From NCBI GenBank assembly GCA_043228905.1, contig JBHGNT010000015.1, positions 17,236,001 to 17,300,000 on the forward strand: a stretch of 64,000 bases of DNA, in the 5' to 3' direction. Positions 1 through 11,312 of this stretch are shown one piece after another. The DNA comes from Azolla caroliniana (Eukaryota; Plantae; Polypodiophyta). The translations under genes and the position numbers were made by a program. The notes below the pieces were generated by a model. The model saw only the letters and a program-made list of their open reading frames with translations, was not told the DNA's origin and ran no database searches. Each line of letters starts with the position of its first letter. Position 1 is the stretch's first letter.

Positions 1-3000
1 ACACTATAGTGCCTTCGGAGCAAAAAGGTAAACGTGTTGTAGAAGAAGTGTTAGAAGAGTCTGAAACAGAGGAAAGACCTTGGACCAAGGTTGGTGATAA
101 TGGAAGGTTCTCACGTTATCATAAGGAGAATGTTCCATTAAAATAAAGACAAGAACTCATAGGTTCATCTAGCAATCCTATGGGGTTATCAAAGGTGATT
201 TCCAATCAATCTCAATGAAAATCAAAACCTTGGCATAGGTCTCATTATCAATCAAATCAAGTATCAAGACCTTTTAACCTTAGATTTGATAAAAATGGTA
301 AAAACTCATTTCCCCATTAGAGAAGCAACTTTGGAAAGGAGGTAATTCAAGAGTCATAGAGGCATCGGTCCATAACCAGCTACCATCTGTACAAAATGCT
401 TTTGCAGTCTTAAGTGATTATTTTGGAGATATCCTAGAGATATTAGCTCAACGGGAACGCGCTTAGGTTCTGAAGAAGTAACCTTATTAGTGTTGATGAA
501 GGTAGTCACATGGAATGTAAGGGGTGTTTGTTCTCCTTCTAAGAAGTTTGGTATGTGGAAAAATGTTTTTGAGGGGCAATGGGATATATTGTGTGCAATA
601 AAGCATAAGGACCATGCTAAATCTGGGTCTTTTATTCAACATAATGGGTATCATGTCTGTTATGCGGGTGTCACTGGTGGACTTTATTCAGGTGTAATTC
701 TTATTGTTAATGATACCTTGCAACCAGTGGTAGTTCAAAGTGATATACATGGTCGGTACATAGTGGTAGAGATAAGTTATGAAGGGCAAAGGATTTGGAT
801 TGTTGCTATTTATGCACCAAATGAAGTCTCTCAATGTATTGAACTTTGGCAACGTTTGAATGAAGTTCTTAGTAATGGAAATCCAAGATTTTTATTGGGT
901 GATTTCAATATGTGTTCAGAGGTGGGGCAATCTACTTCGATGCATAGTTTGATGGATGCTCCAGAAAGAGCGGCTTGGGATTTATTTGCAATAGAGGTTT
1001 TGAAGTATGATGCATGGCTTTGGATTAATGGAATAGATTCTGGGTATACTTTCCAATCCACACAATTTAGATCAACATGGAGTAGGTTGGATCGCATATA
1101 TATAATGCATGATGAAAGGTTTTTGCCAGAAGTGTTGATTATGCAAGTATATAGAGGTATTGCATCATCTGATCATTTTCCAGTTATCTTGGAATGCACA
1201 CATCAAGGGGTGGATGGTTTTAAAGCTTTATTGGGAAGACAATCACTTAGATTTAATTCTTCTTTTCTTGAGAATGAAAGTTTCAGGCATGCTATGGGAC
1301 AACTAGTTGGAGAATTTAGAAGACAAGTTAACATTGGTGGTGTTTCTTCATGGGATATTTGCCTTTCTAATATTCAACAGTTTGCTCGACATTATGAGAT
1401 TCTTCAAGCAAATGTACATAAACAAAAAGTGAGAGCACTCCAACAATTATTACACAGGTGTAATGCTTTGTTGGTCTCAAGCTCGATGGATGACGTATTA
1501 TTGGATATTCAAGTTACATTGAATCAAGCACTACAAGATCCTGAGGTCAGAAGTTATCAACGATTTCAGATGAGGGACCAAAAACAAGAGGTATATGATC
1601 ATAACTCTGTCTCACATAAATTCTTTCGTGGGTTACATGCATCTCATGCCAGAATGCATGTGGTCCGCATAGAAGTTGATGGAACTTTGAGTACAAATCC
1701 ACAAGTAATTATTGATAAATGTATTCAACATTTTACAAAACTTCTAGGTCATGAAAGTATTCTAGATAATGATATGAAAGAAGCACGAGCAATGTTTTTT
1801 CAATCCATCAAGGGCAATGTTAGGCAACAAGTTGTGATGAGTATAGAAGAGGACATAAGAGAAGAAGAGGTGGAGTATGTCTTATCACATCTTGCAAATG
1901 ATAAAAGTCCAGGTTGGGATGGAATTACAAACGAGTTTTACAAATGAGTTTTTTAAATCATTTGTTCAAGATCTTCAAGGGCCCCTTGCGACAATCTTTC
2001 AAGAAGAGTGGAGTTCTGGTAACATGCCTAATTCCTGGAAGATTGGGCTCATCAAACTTATACCTAAAGTTGCTTCTCCTACTTCATTTGCTCAATGGAG
2101 GCCAATATCATTAATGGGTGGTTTATATAAGATTTTTACCAAAGTAATTACCAATAGACTTCAGAAGGTATTACCCTCTATTGTACATCCTATGCAATAT
2201 TATAGGAAGGGACATCCTTCATAACATTTTAAATGTTCAAATGGTTGTGGATTATGCAAAGGAATCAAAACAAGAAATTGTTATGATACAATTGGATATT
2301 GAGAAGGCTTATGATCATGTCAATTGGTCATTTCTTGCCCAACTTATGTCTGAGATGGTTTTGGTACAAGGATGTCTCGACTCTCATTTATGTTGGGATT
2401 GGGTGCAGTGTCACATGTCATGTTAAATGGTGGAGTGACTAAGGCAATATCATTAACAAGGTCAGTGAGACGAGGATGTCCATTGCGTCCATTATTATTT
2501 TCCATTGTTACCCACCCAATTTTGGTTAAAATGCATGAGTTAGCAATATGTCGAGATATAGTGGGACTTGTTTTACCCTCAGGGAATCAGCTGATAGCTC
2601 AAGCATTGGCAGATGATTCTTTTTTGTTTCTCAAGGCGCATCCTAGTAACATAGCCAAAGCCATGGAGGTGTGGAAGGTGTTTGCCTTAGCATCAGGTTT
2701 ACATATTAATATGCACAAGTCATTGTTGATTAGATGCACTGAACAAGATTTGGTTAATCTTGTTTGGAGTGGCTGAATATTAGATAAAGGGAAGATTTGT
2801 CGGCATTTGGGCTACCCGATTGGTGTGGATATTTCACCAAATCAAAGCCTATCTTGGATTTCTGGGACCATAGCAGATAAATTTATATATTGGAAGTCCC
2901 AAGCTTGGTCGTTTGCTACTCGTCTCAAAGTGGTGCAAGCAATTATGATTCCGATGATTTCATATTTTTTGCCTTTATTACCTTGGACAAAGAAATCACT

Positions 3001-4419
3001 TGATCACTTGGCTCGTGCTCTTAGGTATACGTTATGGAAGAAAGAGTCCAACATTGGTATTGGTTGGGTTTCATGGCTTCATATGTGTACCCTGAAACAT
3101 TTAGGAGGAGCCGGTTTACTCAATTTGGAAGATGATCTGGTTGGTCGAAGGTTTAGTCTCTTGAAAGAGATATGTTCATGTTCTCAACCATGGGCAGAGA
3201 TAATTTGTTATTTTGTGGAGAAAGTGGGGATACAACATGGTAAAACAAAAATTAGAACTTCATGGTGACATGTTATTAATAGCACTCGATCATTTAGATG
3301 TTCAACACCTACTATTGTTCAACATTTAATGGTCTCTTGGCAAAAAAAGTTTGAAGTTGTTGAATTGGAAACCAACTGATTGTAGAAAAGATTGCAACTC
3401 TTTGCCAGCAGAGGTGATAGCATCTTCAAGATTATTACAATGGGATGGAAAAGACAGTTTAAAGTCAAAGTTTAATAGAATGGCAAAACTAGGTTTGGTA
3501 ACTGTGGAGGATGGTATTTTAGAGTCACAGCGGTAGATGATGGCTTTTTGAACTGTGAGAAGTAGATTTCATATACCTCCTGGATATGGTCAAATTTGGT
3601 AAACAATAGTACAATTGCCTATTTTATCATCAGCGATTCCACAATTGGTGGTGGTGGAATCGTGGAGAGATTGGTTTTTTTATAACAAGAAACCATTATT
3701 TGTAGTGAACACAAATTATGTTTATCATAAGTTGGTTAAGGATAGAGTTTGGGTACAGAGCAAGGTTTTGGATACATGGCACATTATCCGTGGAAATGAA
3801 TGGTGTGCTAGAGTTTTAGATGTAGGATGGAAGTCTCATCTTCCTTTCCGTGCAAAGGTGTTTCTTTGGCGTGCTATGGTTGGTGGGTTACCTTTGGCTA
3901 GGGCTTTAAACGAAGACACATTAGTAGTGGTACATGTGTCTTTTGTACGACGACTGATGAAGATTCTCGACACAGGTTTATATCTTGCCCTGTTACTAAA
4001 AGTATATGGATAGGTATATCACAACTGTGGGGGTCATTAACTGGAAATGTTTTGTCACCTTTTCAATGGGTTTTCATTGAAGGTGATAGAGTTTTACCAT
4101 CCCCAGACTATAAGATTGTGTTTGATTATTTGCGGTACTTGGGCATGTGGTATATTTGGAACTTGCGGAATGGTTTCTTATTTGATGGGCTTTCTGGAGT
4201 ATCTCAACAGATATGTAGGATAAAAGGAAAGTTGATTTGGCAATTTTCACAATTATATTGTATGCGAACTTTGTCCCCAAACGAGTTACATTTGTGTCAC
4301 TTTGTATTGCAGCACCTTAGAAGGTTGTCCTTGCCACATCGCTACCTTTGACGTAGTTTTGATAGCAAGGTTTTTTTGTATTTTCTTGTTGTTTTAATAT
4401 AAACATACATTTACGAAAA
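1..4419 (+). mobile_element. L1-like LINE, degenerate (end of ORF1, then ORF2 with APE endonuclease, RT and C-terminal zf-RVT-like region)
   Basis: ORF 490-1947 has endonuclease motifs (VTWNVRG, IYAP, LLGDFN, SRLDRIY, SDHFP). Frameshifted pieces carry RT motifs (WRPISL, QLDIEKAYDHV, ALADDS). The 3' end is CATTTACGAAAA followed by (GA)n. Confidence 0.93.
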
Positions 4420-4574
4420 GAGAGAGAGAGATACACTAAAAACTAATTCATATTAACAAACTTAAAAGGTAATACAAAGGAATGGTCAATGTGGGCAAAC
4501 TAGTTTCGCTCCTAAAGAGCTCATCAGTGCACATGACCATGTAGAATTTGAGGGGTTTATATAGGGAAGATAAG

Positions 4575-4576
<2 letters not shown>

Positions 4577-4626
<50 letters not shown>
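4577..4626. repeat. (GA)n microsatellite
   Basis: Direct reading. Confidence 0.95.
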
Positions 4627-4630
<4 letters not shown>

Positions 4631-5628
4631 ATTATCGTCTTCGGAGGTCAAATATGACCTATGAGACCAAAAATATTACATTTCACGTGATACGTGTGAA
4701 AGTGAGTAGTGACTCTCGATGTTCAAGAACTTTACCAATGAATGTTGCAATCGAGAGTGCACATTGTGGTTGTGAGAGGAATTCATGCAAAGATTGGGCT
4801 CGATCAAAGAGATGTGGAAAGCATGGTCGAATATGATCAAAGGCAGAGCATTGTATCAAAGTGTGATACTCAGACTCGTGAACTTGTTTAGGGCAAAGTG
4901 TGCATAGCTGACCACTCTCATCACTTGTACCCCAACGCCCTGTTTCACATCGCAATGCATGTGAGCTAAGTCGCATGGAAGCAATGGTTCGAATGGAAGA
5001 TAACGGTATGGGCTCTAACATGTATGGATGTGTACGATTTCCCCGTTCCGCAAATAATATGGTTTTGTAGTTAGGTGCAACATGTGTAGTATAATGTGTG
5101 AAGCGTGAGCCTCCACATTTGTCCCATGTCATGATACATTGGCGTTGCAAAAATGCCTCATTTATAGAGGAATCTAATGATGCATCATGAAGCAAGTGTC
5201 TCGCATCCCATCTACCAAACCATTTTTCTATATCTTGCATCCAACTGGAACACAAAATTTTGCTTTTATGCGTCTTTTGGATCTTTTTGCTTGCTTCCCA
5301 TGCAATTCTAGGAAGTCGATGTGAGGGACTTTTTTGAACCTTAAGCATGTATTCAACAACCCTTTCCATGGCCATGATCTCAATGGGAAGCGATCCCGTC
5401 TCAAGGAGGAGGGTGTAGGGCGTTTGTTTCTTAACTTGTAGAAACTTGGTAAGAAAATGCTTTTGGACATTTTCAAACTCTTTCCACATAGATTTAGGGA
5501 TGCTACCGCCCCATACTTCCACCCCATAAAGAAGAACTGGTGTCACCAAAGTGTTGAAAAGATATTTCTTGAGGACCCAACACTTAATATCTCTAAGATT
5601 GCATGTGTTCTCAAATGCATAGTATGAA
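4627..5628 (-). mobile_element. 5'-truncated non-LTR retrotransposon (RTE/RTEX/L2-like C-terminus)
   Basis: ORF 4683-5549 has PVLLYGVEVWG, LLETG and the RLSSHALRCETGRW...CTLC...ESEYHTLIQC zinc motif typical of LINE ORF2 ends. The short 3' UTR has an AGGTCA-TATT-TGACCT stem-loop. (GA)n lies on both sides. The clade is an inference. Confidence 0.8.
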
Positions 5629-5629
5629 A

Positions 5630-5706
5630 AGAGAGAGAGAGAGAGAGAGAGTGTGTGTGTGTGTGTGTGTGTGTGAGTGAGTGAGTGAGTGAGTGTGTGT
5701 GTGTGT
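5630..5706. repeat. Compound (GA)n/(GT)n/(GAGT)n microsatellite
   Basis: Direct reading. Confidence 0.95.
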
Positions 5707-6475
5707 TCAAATTTGATGATGTGGGAGATATGGGGGTTGATATATTTGGTGTGGGATAAAAGATTTTATGGGCTTATTTGAAAACAAGTAGGGGAGTATG
5801 AGAGAGAAAGAGAGAAGAAGGGTAGAAGAGAAGTGTGTGATGTGGGACTTAGGGAGGGTGAAGTATATTGGTGTGTATCAAAAGATTGTATGGAAATCTT
5901 TGAAAACAGGAGGGGGGTATGAGAGGGAAAGGGTAGGAAGATAAATTGAGAACAATTGGAGGGTAGATTGGAAATTAAAGTGGAGGAGGAAAGGGTAGAG
6001 TGAGATTAAGAAGAATGAAACGAGGAGGGGTAGGAGAAAATTACTAAAAGTGGGAGGGGTAGAGTGATAATAGGGAAAGAGGTGGGAGAGGTGGGGTGAT
6101 AAGAGGAAAAGAAGAGGGAGGGGTATGAATGTTATTCTAGAAAAAAGGAAGGGGGAAAGGGGTAGATTGAAATTAGTGAAAGAGAGAGGGGTAGAGTACA
6201 ATTTAGAAAAGAGGAAGGAAGGGTAGAACATAAAAAGGTAGAAATCATAGGAGGGTAGAATGAATTTTAGAAAAAGTGGAGTGGAACGAAATTTTAGAAG
6301 TCAAGAGGGGAGAGGGGTGAAATGACCATTTAGATAAGAAAAAGGGAAGGGTAGGAGGGAAAATAAGGTTTTAAGGGGGAGGGGCATATTGAAATTAGAA
6401 GTAGAAGGAGGAAGGGTAGAGCGAAAAATTGGAAAAGTAAGGGGAGGGGAAGAAGTATAAATGTGAGGGGTAGAA

Positions 6476-6996
6476 TAACAATCAGCAATGGTTCGGTTCG
6501 GTTTGAGAGGGTCCAAACTGAACCGTTTAATTTTTTTGAAACCTAAACCTAACCGCGAAACCGTTAAACATTTGTCAAACCGTTAAACATTAAACCGTAA
6601 AAACCGCAGTTTCGTGGTTCGGTTTCGGTTTTCAACATGGTTTAAATTTGTTATTTTTTATTTTTTATTTTTTAAAATTGATAATATTTCATTTTTTAGA
6701 ATTTTTTAGATATTCCTAAAATGTGAGAATAAGGTGTAAAAATGAAAAGATTGTTTAAAAACAAAATTTTAAAATTTTTTGAATTTTTTTTTAAAATTTA
6801 AAATTTTTTTAATAAAAATTTTTTAAAATAAAAAATAAAAACCGTTTAAACCACGGTTTTTGATTGTTGAAACCAAACCGAACCGTTTAAAAAAACCTAA
6901 ACTTGAACCAAACCAAACCAAACCGTTGAAATCTAAGCCGTTAAGCCGCAGTTTCGTGGTTCGGTTCGGTTCAAACCGAACTGTTGCCGATTTTTA
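6476..6996. mobile_element. hAT-type MITE (AACCG-rich subterminal repeats)
   Basis: TIRs TAACAATCAGCAATGGTTCGG and CCGAACTGTTGCCGATTTTTA. Flanks GGGTAGAA / GGGTAGAG give an 8-bp TSD (7/8). A second copy starts at 17254. Confidence 0.85.
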
Positions 6997-7140
6997 GGGT
7001 AGAGTTAAAAAAAAGTGAAAAAGGAAAAGTAAAAGTGAGGGGGAAGGGAGGGTATTAGGATAGACTAGAAAAATAGGAAGAAACAAGAAATAAGAAGAGG
7101 GGTAGGAGGATGCTAAAATAATTAAAAGTGAGAGATGGAG

Positions 7141-7880
7141 TTTAAAATAAGAAAAGCTGAGGGGAGGGTATGGTGAGAATTACTTAAAAGTACGAGAGGG
7201 GTAGAATTTAGAAATAGGAATCAATAAAAGATGAGGGGAGGGGTAGGATTAGAAAACACAAAAAAAGAGCATGAGGGGAAGATGCTAAAAATAAAATAAA
7301 AGGTGAGGGGTAGAATTGGAAGATAGGAGAAACATAATTAGGGGAGGATGCTAAAAGTGAAAATGTGAGGGGCAGAGTTAAAAATAAGGAAATGTGAGGG
7401 GAGGGTATGGTGAGAATTACTTAAAAGTACGAGAGGGGTAGAATTTAGAAATAGGAATCAATAAAAGATGAGGGGAGGGGTAGGATTAGAAAATACAAAA
7501 AAAGAGCATGAGGGGAAGATGCTAAAAATAAAATAAAAGGTGAGGGGTAGAATTGGAAGATAGGAGAAACATAATTAGGGGAGGATGCTAAAAGTGAAAA
7601 TGTGAGGGGCAGAGTTAAAAATAAGGAAATGTGAGGGGAGGGTATGGTGAGAATTACTTAAAAGTACGAGAGGGGTAGAATTGAAAAATAGGAATCAATA
7701 AAAGATGAGGGGAGGGGTAGGATTAGAAAATACAAAAAAAGAGCATGAGGGGAAGATGCTAAAAATAAAATAAAAGGTGAGGGGTAGAATTGGAAGATAG
7801 GAGAAACATTAGTAGGGGAGGATGCTAAAAGTGAAAATGTGAGGGGCAGAGTTAAAAATAAGGAAATGTGAGGGGGAGAG
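7141..7880. repeat. 237-bp tandem repeat, ~3 near-identical copies
   Basis: TGGTGAGAATTAC anchor at 7171, 7408 and 7645. Confidence 0.92.
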
Positions 7881-8082
7881 TATAGTTAAAATATTGAAAA
7901 GGTAGGGAAGCGGTAGAGTTGAAAATAGGTAAGGGTATGATGAGAATTAGGTAAAAATAAAAGAGGGGTAGAGTTAATATAAAGAGAGGCTATGGGGGAA
8001 GGATATCATGCAAGAGAAAGTGAGTGGGAGGGAGAGTGATGTAAGGTATATTGGTTACCACGGAAGGGTAGAACATGTGTTG

Positions 8083-11000
8083 ACCATGTTCTAGAAGTCG
8101 TTTCAGTACTAACAGTACATGAGAATCATGCTCTTCTTGGTTCTTCGAATAAACCAGTAGATCATCCAAATAGATGATCAAATAAACATCCAAGAGATCT
8201 CGGAATATATCATTTGCCATGTGTTGGAAGACTGTTGGCGCATTAGTGAGGCCGAATGGAATGACCGTATACTCGAAGTGCCCATATTTGGTGTGAAACG
8301 CGGTCTTCCATTCGTCTCCTGGTCGGATCCGTACGAGGTTATATGCTTCTCGTAAGTCAATCTTTGTGAAGAACCTTGCACCATTGATCCATTCTAAAAG
8401 ACTTGAGATAAGGGGAAGTGCATACCTATTCCTGATGGTGACCTTATTCAAGCCACGGTAATCTAAGACGAGACGAAGTGATCCATCCTTTTTCTTGACG
8501 AAGAAAATGGGTGTGCCGGCTGGAGATTTCTAATGTCGAATGAAACCATTTGCCAAATTCTCCTCTATATAGGCTCGAAGGACTTCTAGCTCGGTTGGTG
8601 ACAAATTGTAGATCGGTCCCCATGGTGGCTCTTTTCCCGGTTGTAAATCGATGGGGCAATCATACGGTCAATGGTGAGGAAGTGTATTGGCTTGTACTTT
8701 ATCGAACACATCGGCATAATGACGATACTTCTTTGGAAGTTGAACGGTGGACTCCTCTTTAGTAGTGTTGGAGGGTTTTATTGATACTGCGAAGAGAAAC
8801 ATTTCTTCATTGCGTCCTTCCTCACGCAATTGATGTAGCGAAATGGTTGCAATCTTATGAGTAGATCCTCGGGTTTGTCGATACCGGATTTCTCTTGTCC
8901 TCCAATCTATGTCTAGGTTATGTAATTCGAACCATGGGATGTTTTGGGATACTAACTATATTAAAGGATACTACACATGCTAAATTATCTAGAACAATAT
9001 TAACGGGCTCTAACTGTTCTATGATATTTCTGAAAGCAATGGGACGACCATCAATGACTACTACAAAGGCTGGACACGAGAGTTTTCTTAGGGATATCTG
9101 ATGAGCTTGGGCAAAATTCCTATCCATGAAGCAAGAATTAGCTCCGGAATGTAGGAGTACTGAGACATGTACTGCAGAGGTACTTTTAGTAATAACTGTT
9201 ACTTGGGCTAAGAACACATTGCTAACTTTCTTAGAGGGAATGAAACCACTAATGGGCTACAAAGATCTAGGGTTGTCCAACCAAACGGCTCCTATTTTGG
9301 CTAGACTTGGTCATTTAACTCTTCTTCTTACTAACTAAGGACATCAAATTTGTTCGATTGATTTGGACTATTAGTACTATTAGGACTATCAGATATTCCT
9401 ACTGAAATAGACTTGGGTTTAGTACAATTAGAACTAGCAAGTATTTGGTTTACCTGTCTTCTTGGCCTATGGGGACAGTTCACTGCAATATGCCCTGGTC
9501 CACCGCAATAAAGACATAGTCAATTTGCTCGGCGTCGCTACTTTTCTTCTTCCGATAATGGTCTACAATGATGTGTAGTGTCAATTTCCATCGGAGTTGG
9601 AGTATTCACAGGAGACGCATTATATGACTCCCTTGGAAAAGGTTTTGCTACCACTGAGGCGTAGGTGGGCTCTGATCTTACCCTTGGCATCTGGAACTGA
9701 CATTCCAAACGTCATTCGAAAAGACGATTGTCACATCTCACCGCGCGACTGATTGCTTCTATCAATGAGTTCGGTTCTTCAGGGAAGGTCAAGAGTAAAT
9801 CCTTGACATCGTTACGTAGACCATAACGAAATTGATCCATTAGTGCTTGGTCATCCCAAGGGATATCGAAGGCGAGTAGGCAGAAATCTACAGCGTATGC
9901 GGAGGCTGGACGATCACCTTGACGTAATCATCAGATTTTGTTGATTGCTTTCCTTATGTTGTCAGTATCTCCGAAACAGGCTTTAAACTCACTTAAAAAC
10001 TCTTCAAAATTGTTTAGTAAAGGATATTCCTTTTCTAACAATGGAGCGAACCATGCCAAAACTGAGCCACTTAACAACGTGCCTACTAAAACCACTCATG
10101 ATGCATCGGTGGGATATCCGAAAGGATGCATGTGAATGACTAATTGTACCTGATTAAGGAATCCTCTAAATTGCGATCACGTTCCATCGAATTTCATGGG
10201 AAGACTGATCTCGGGTTCTTTATGAACCCCTTGCGTATTGGGTCCTTGTTGTAGCATTGCTACTATGTGATAGAGAGAGATGATAGAAAGAAAAGATAAA
10301 GAAGATATATAAATCTAAAACTACAAAGATCTATTGATCATGAAAGAAGGAAGAGAGAAAGAAGATACAACTACAAATATCTATTGATAAGAATTCAAAC
10401 AACACTACATGAATTGGAAAGAAATCACTACAAGAAAGAAACTCCCCCACCACCTTACTCTTCTTGCTTTATACAAAGTTTTCTTCCACTAGATAAGTTT
10501 CCCTTGCTTTCTTTTTTATGCTTTTTTTAGAGTTTTTCATCGAGTCCTATTCTTATCTATGACACAACAATCTTCAAATCGTCATATCTCCCTCTTCCAA
10601 GCTCCAAATTTAGAGCTTTAAAAATCTATGGTTAGCTCTCTTCACAAGATTTCTAATCCATATTTGCACATTATATGTGGCTTCCAAACGAATGAGTTAT
10701 GAGAGTTCGTTGTAGACTGTGTTTTGGTGACCCGCTTTTTTCTTCTTTTACTTTTCTCCATCTTTCTTGCTTTTAGTTTGCCTTATCCTTGAGACCTTGG
10801 TTCGTGTTCTTGCCCTCCGGATGTGAACGCGCCATACCTTATATTCTTGTAGACTTCAATACTTTGAATTCTAAAAACACTTTCACACTATGGTTGCTTC
10901 GAGCTGTTGCACGCGTAACGCTAGTTCCCCATGTTGTTATTGCGTCTATTGCTTCTCTAAGGAGATTTGTTGAAGCTCCCCCAATAGTTGTTGATTTTCT

Positions 11001-11083
11001 TGTTCCAATGCGAGAAACTTCTCTTTCAAGCATTGCAACTCCGAAAAAACGGATTGATATTCTTGAGCGCTGACAGTGGCCAT
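8083..11083 (-). mobile_element. Degenerate Ty3/gypsy (chromovirus/Tcn1-like) gag-protease-RT, truncated in RT
   Basis: Gag starts MATVSAQEY at 11083 and continues ...LPMKFDGT*SQFRGFLNQVQ. It has a CCHC knuckle (CLYCGGPGHIAVNC), a protease (LLHSGANSCF) and RT ([26 protein letters not shown]). The lineage is an inference. Confidence 0.88.
10268..10887. mobile_element. Solo LTR inserted in the gypsy gag
   Basis: TG...CA ends with perfect 5-bp TSD CTATG (10263-10267 and 10888-10892). Removing it restores the gag frame EATIV-AMLQQGP. Confidence 0.88.
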
Positions 11084-11275
11084 AGTATGAGAGAAAAGAG
11101 GAATAAGAGATTAGTGTGAAGGGAGGGAGAAGTAAGAATATAAAGGAAGAGAAGGAAGGAGACGGCAAATCGGTTCGAACTGCCAGGAATAGTACTAAGA
11201 CAGAGAAGGAATTAGTACTAAAAGATGAGGATTAGTACTAAGGGAGGTGTAGAACGAGAGAGTGAGTGAGTGAGT

Positions 11276-11309
<34 letters not shown>

Positions 11310-11312
<3 letters not shown>

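Larger units (their letters stand above)
5707..8077. repeat. Purine-rich degenerate satellite-like tract built on GAGGGGTAGA motifs
   Basis: Top strand is almost C-free, with GGGTAGA/GAGGGG recurring throughout. It is interrupted by a MITE. Confidence 0.8.

Noticed and set aside
5878-6516. Phe/Leu/Pro/Ser-rich minus-strand ORFs
   Set aside because: Artefacts of the pyrimidine-rich strand of the purine tract.
10789-11168. Independent small genes (94 and 109 aa ORFs)
   Set aside because: They are alternative frames over the gypsy gag N-terminus and the solo LTR.
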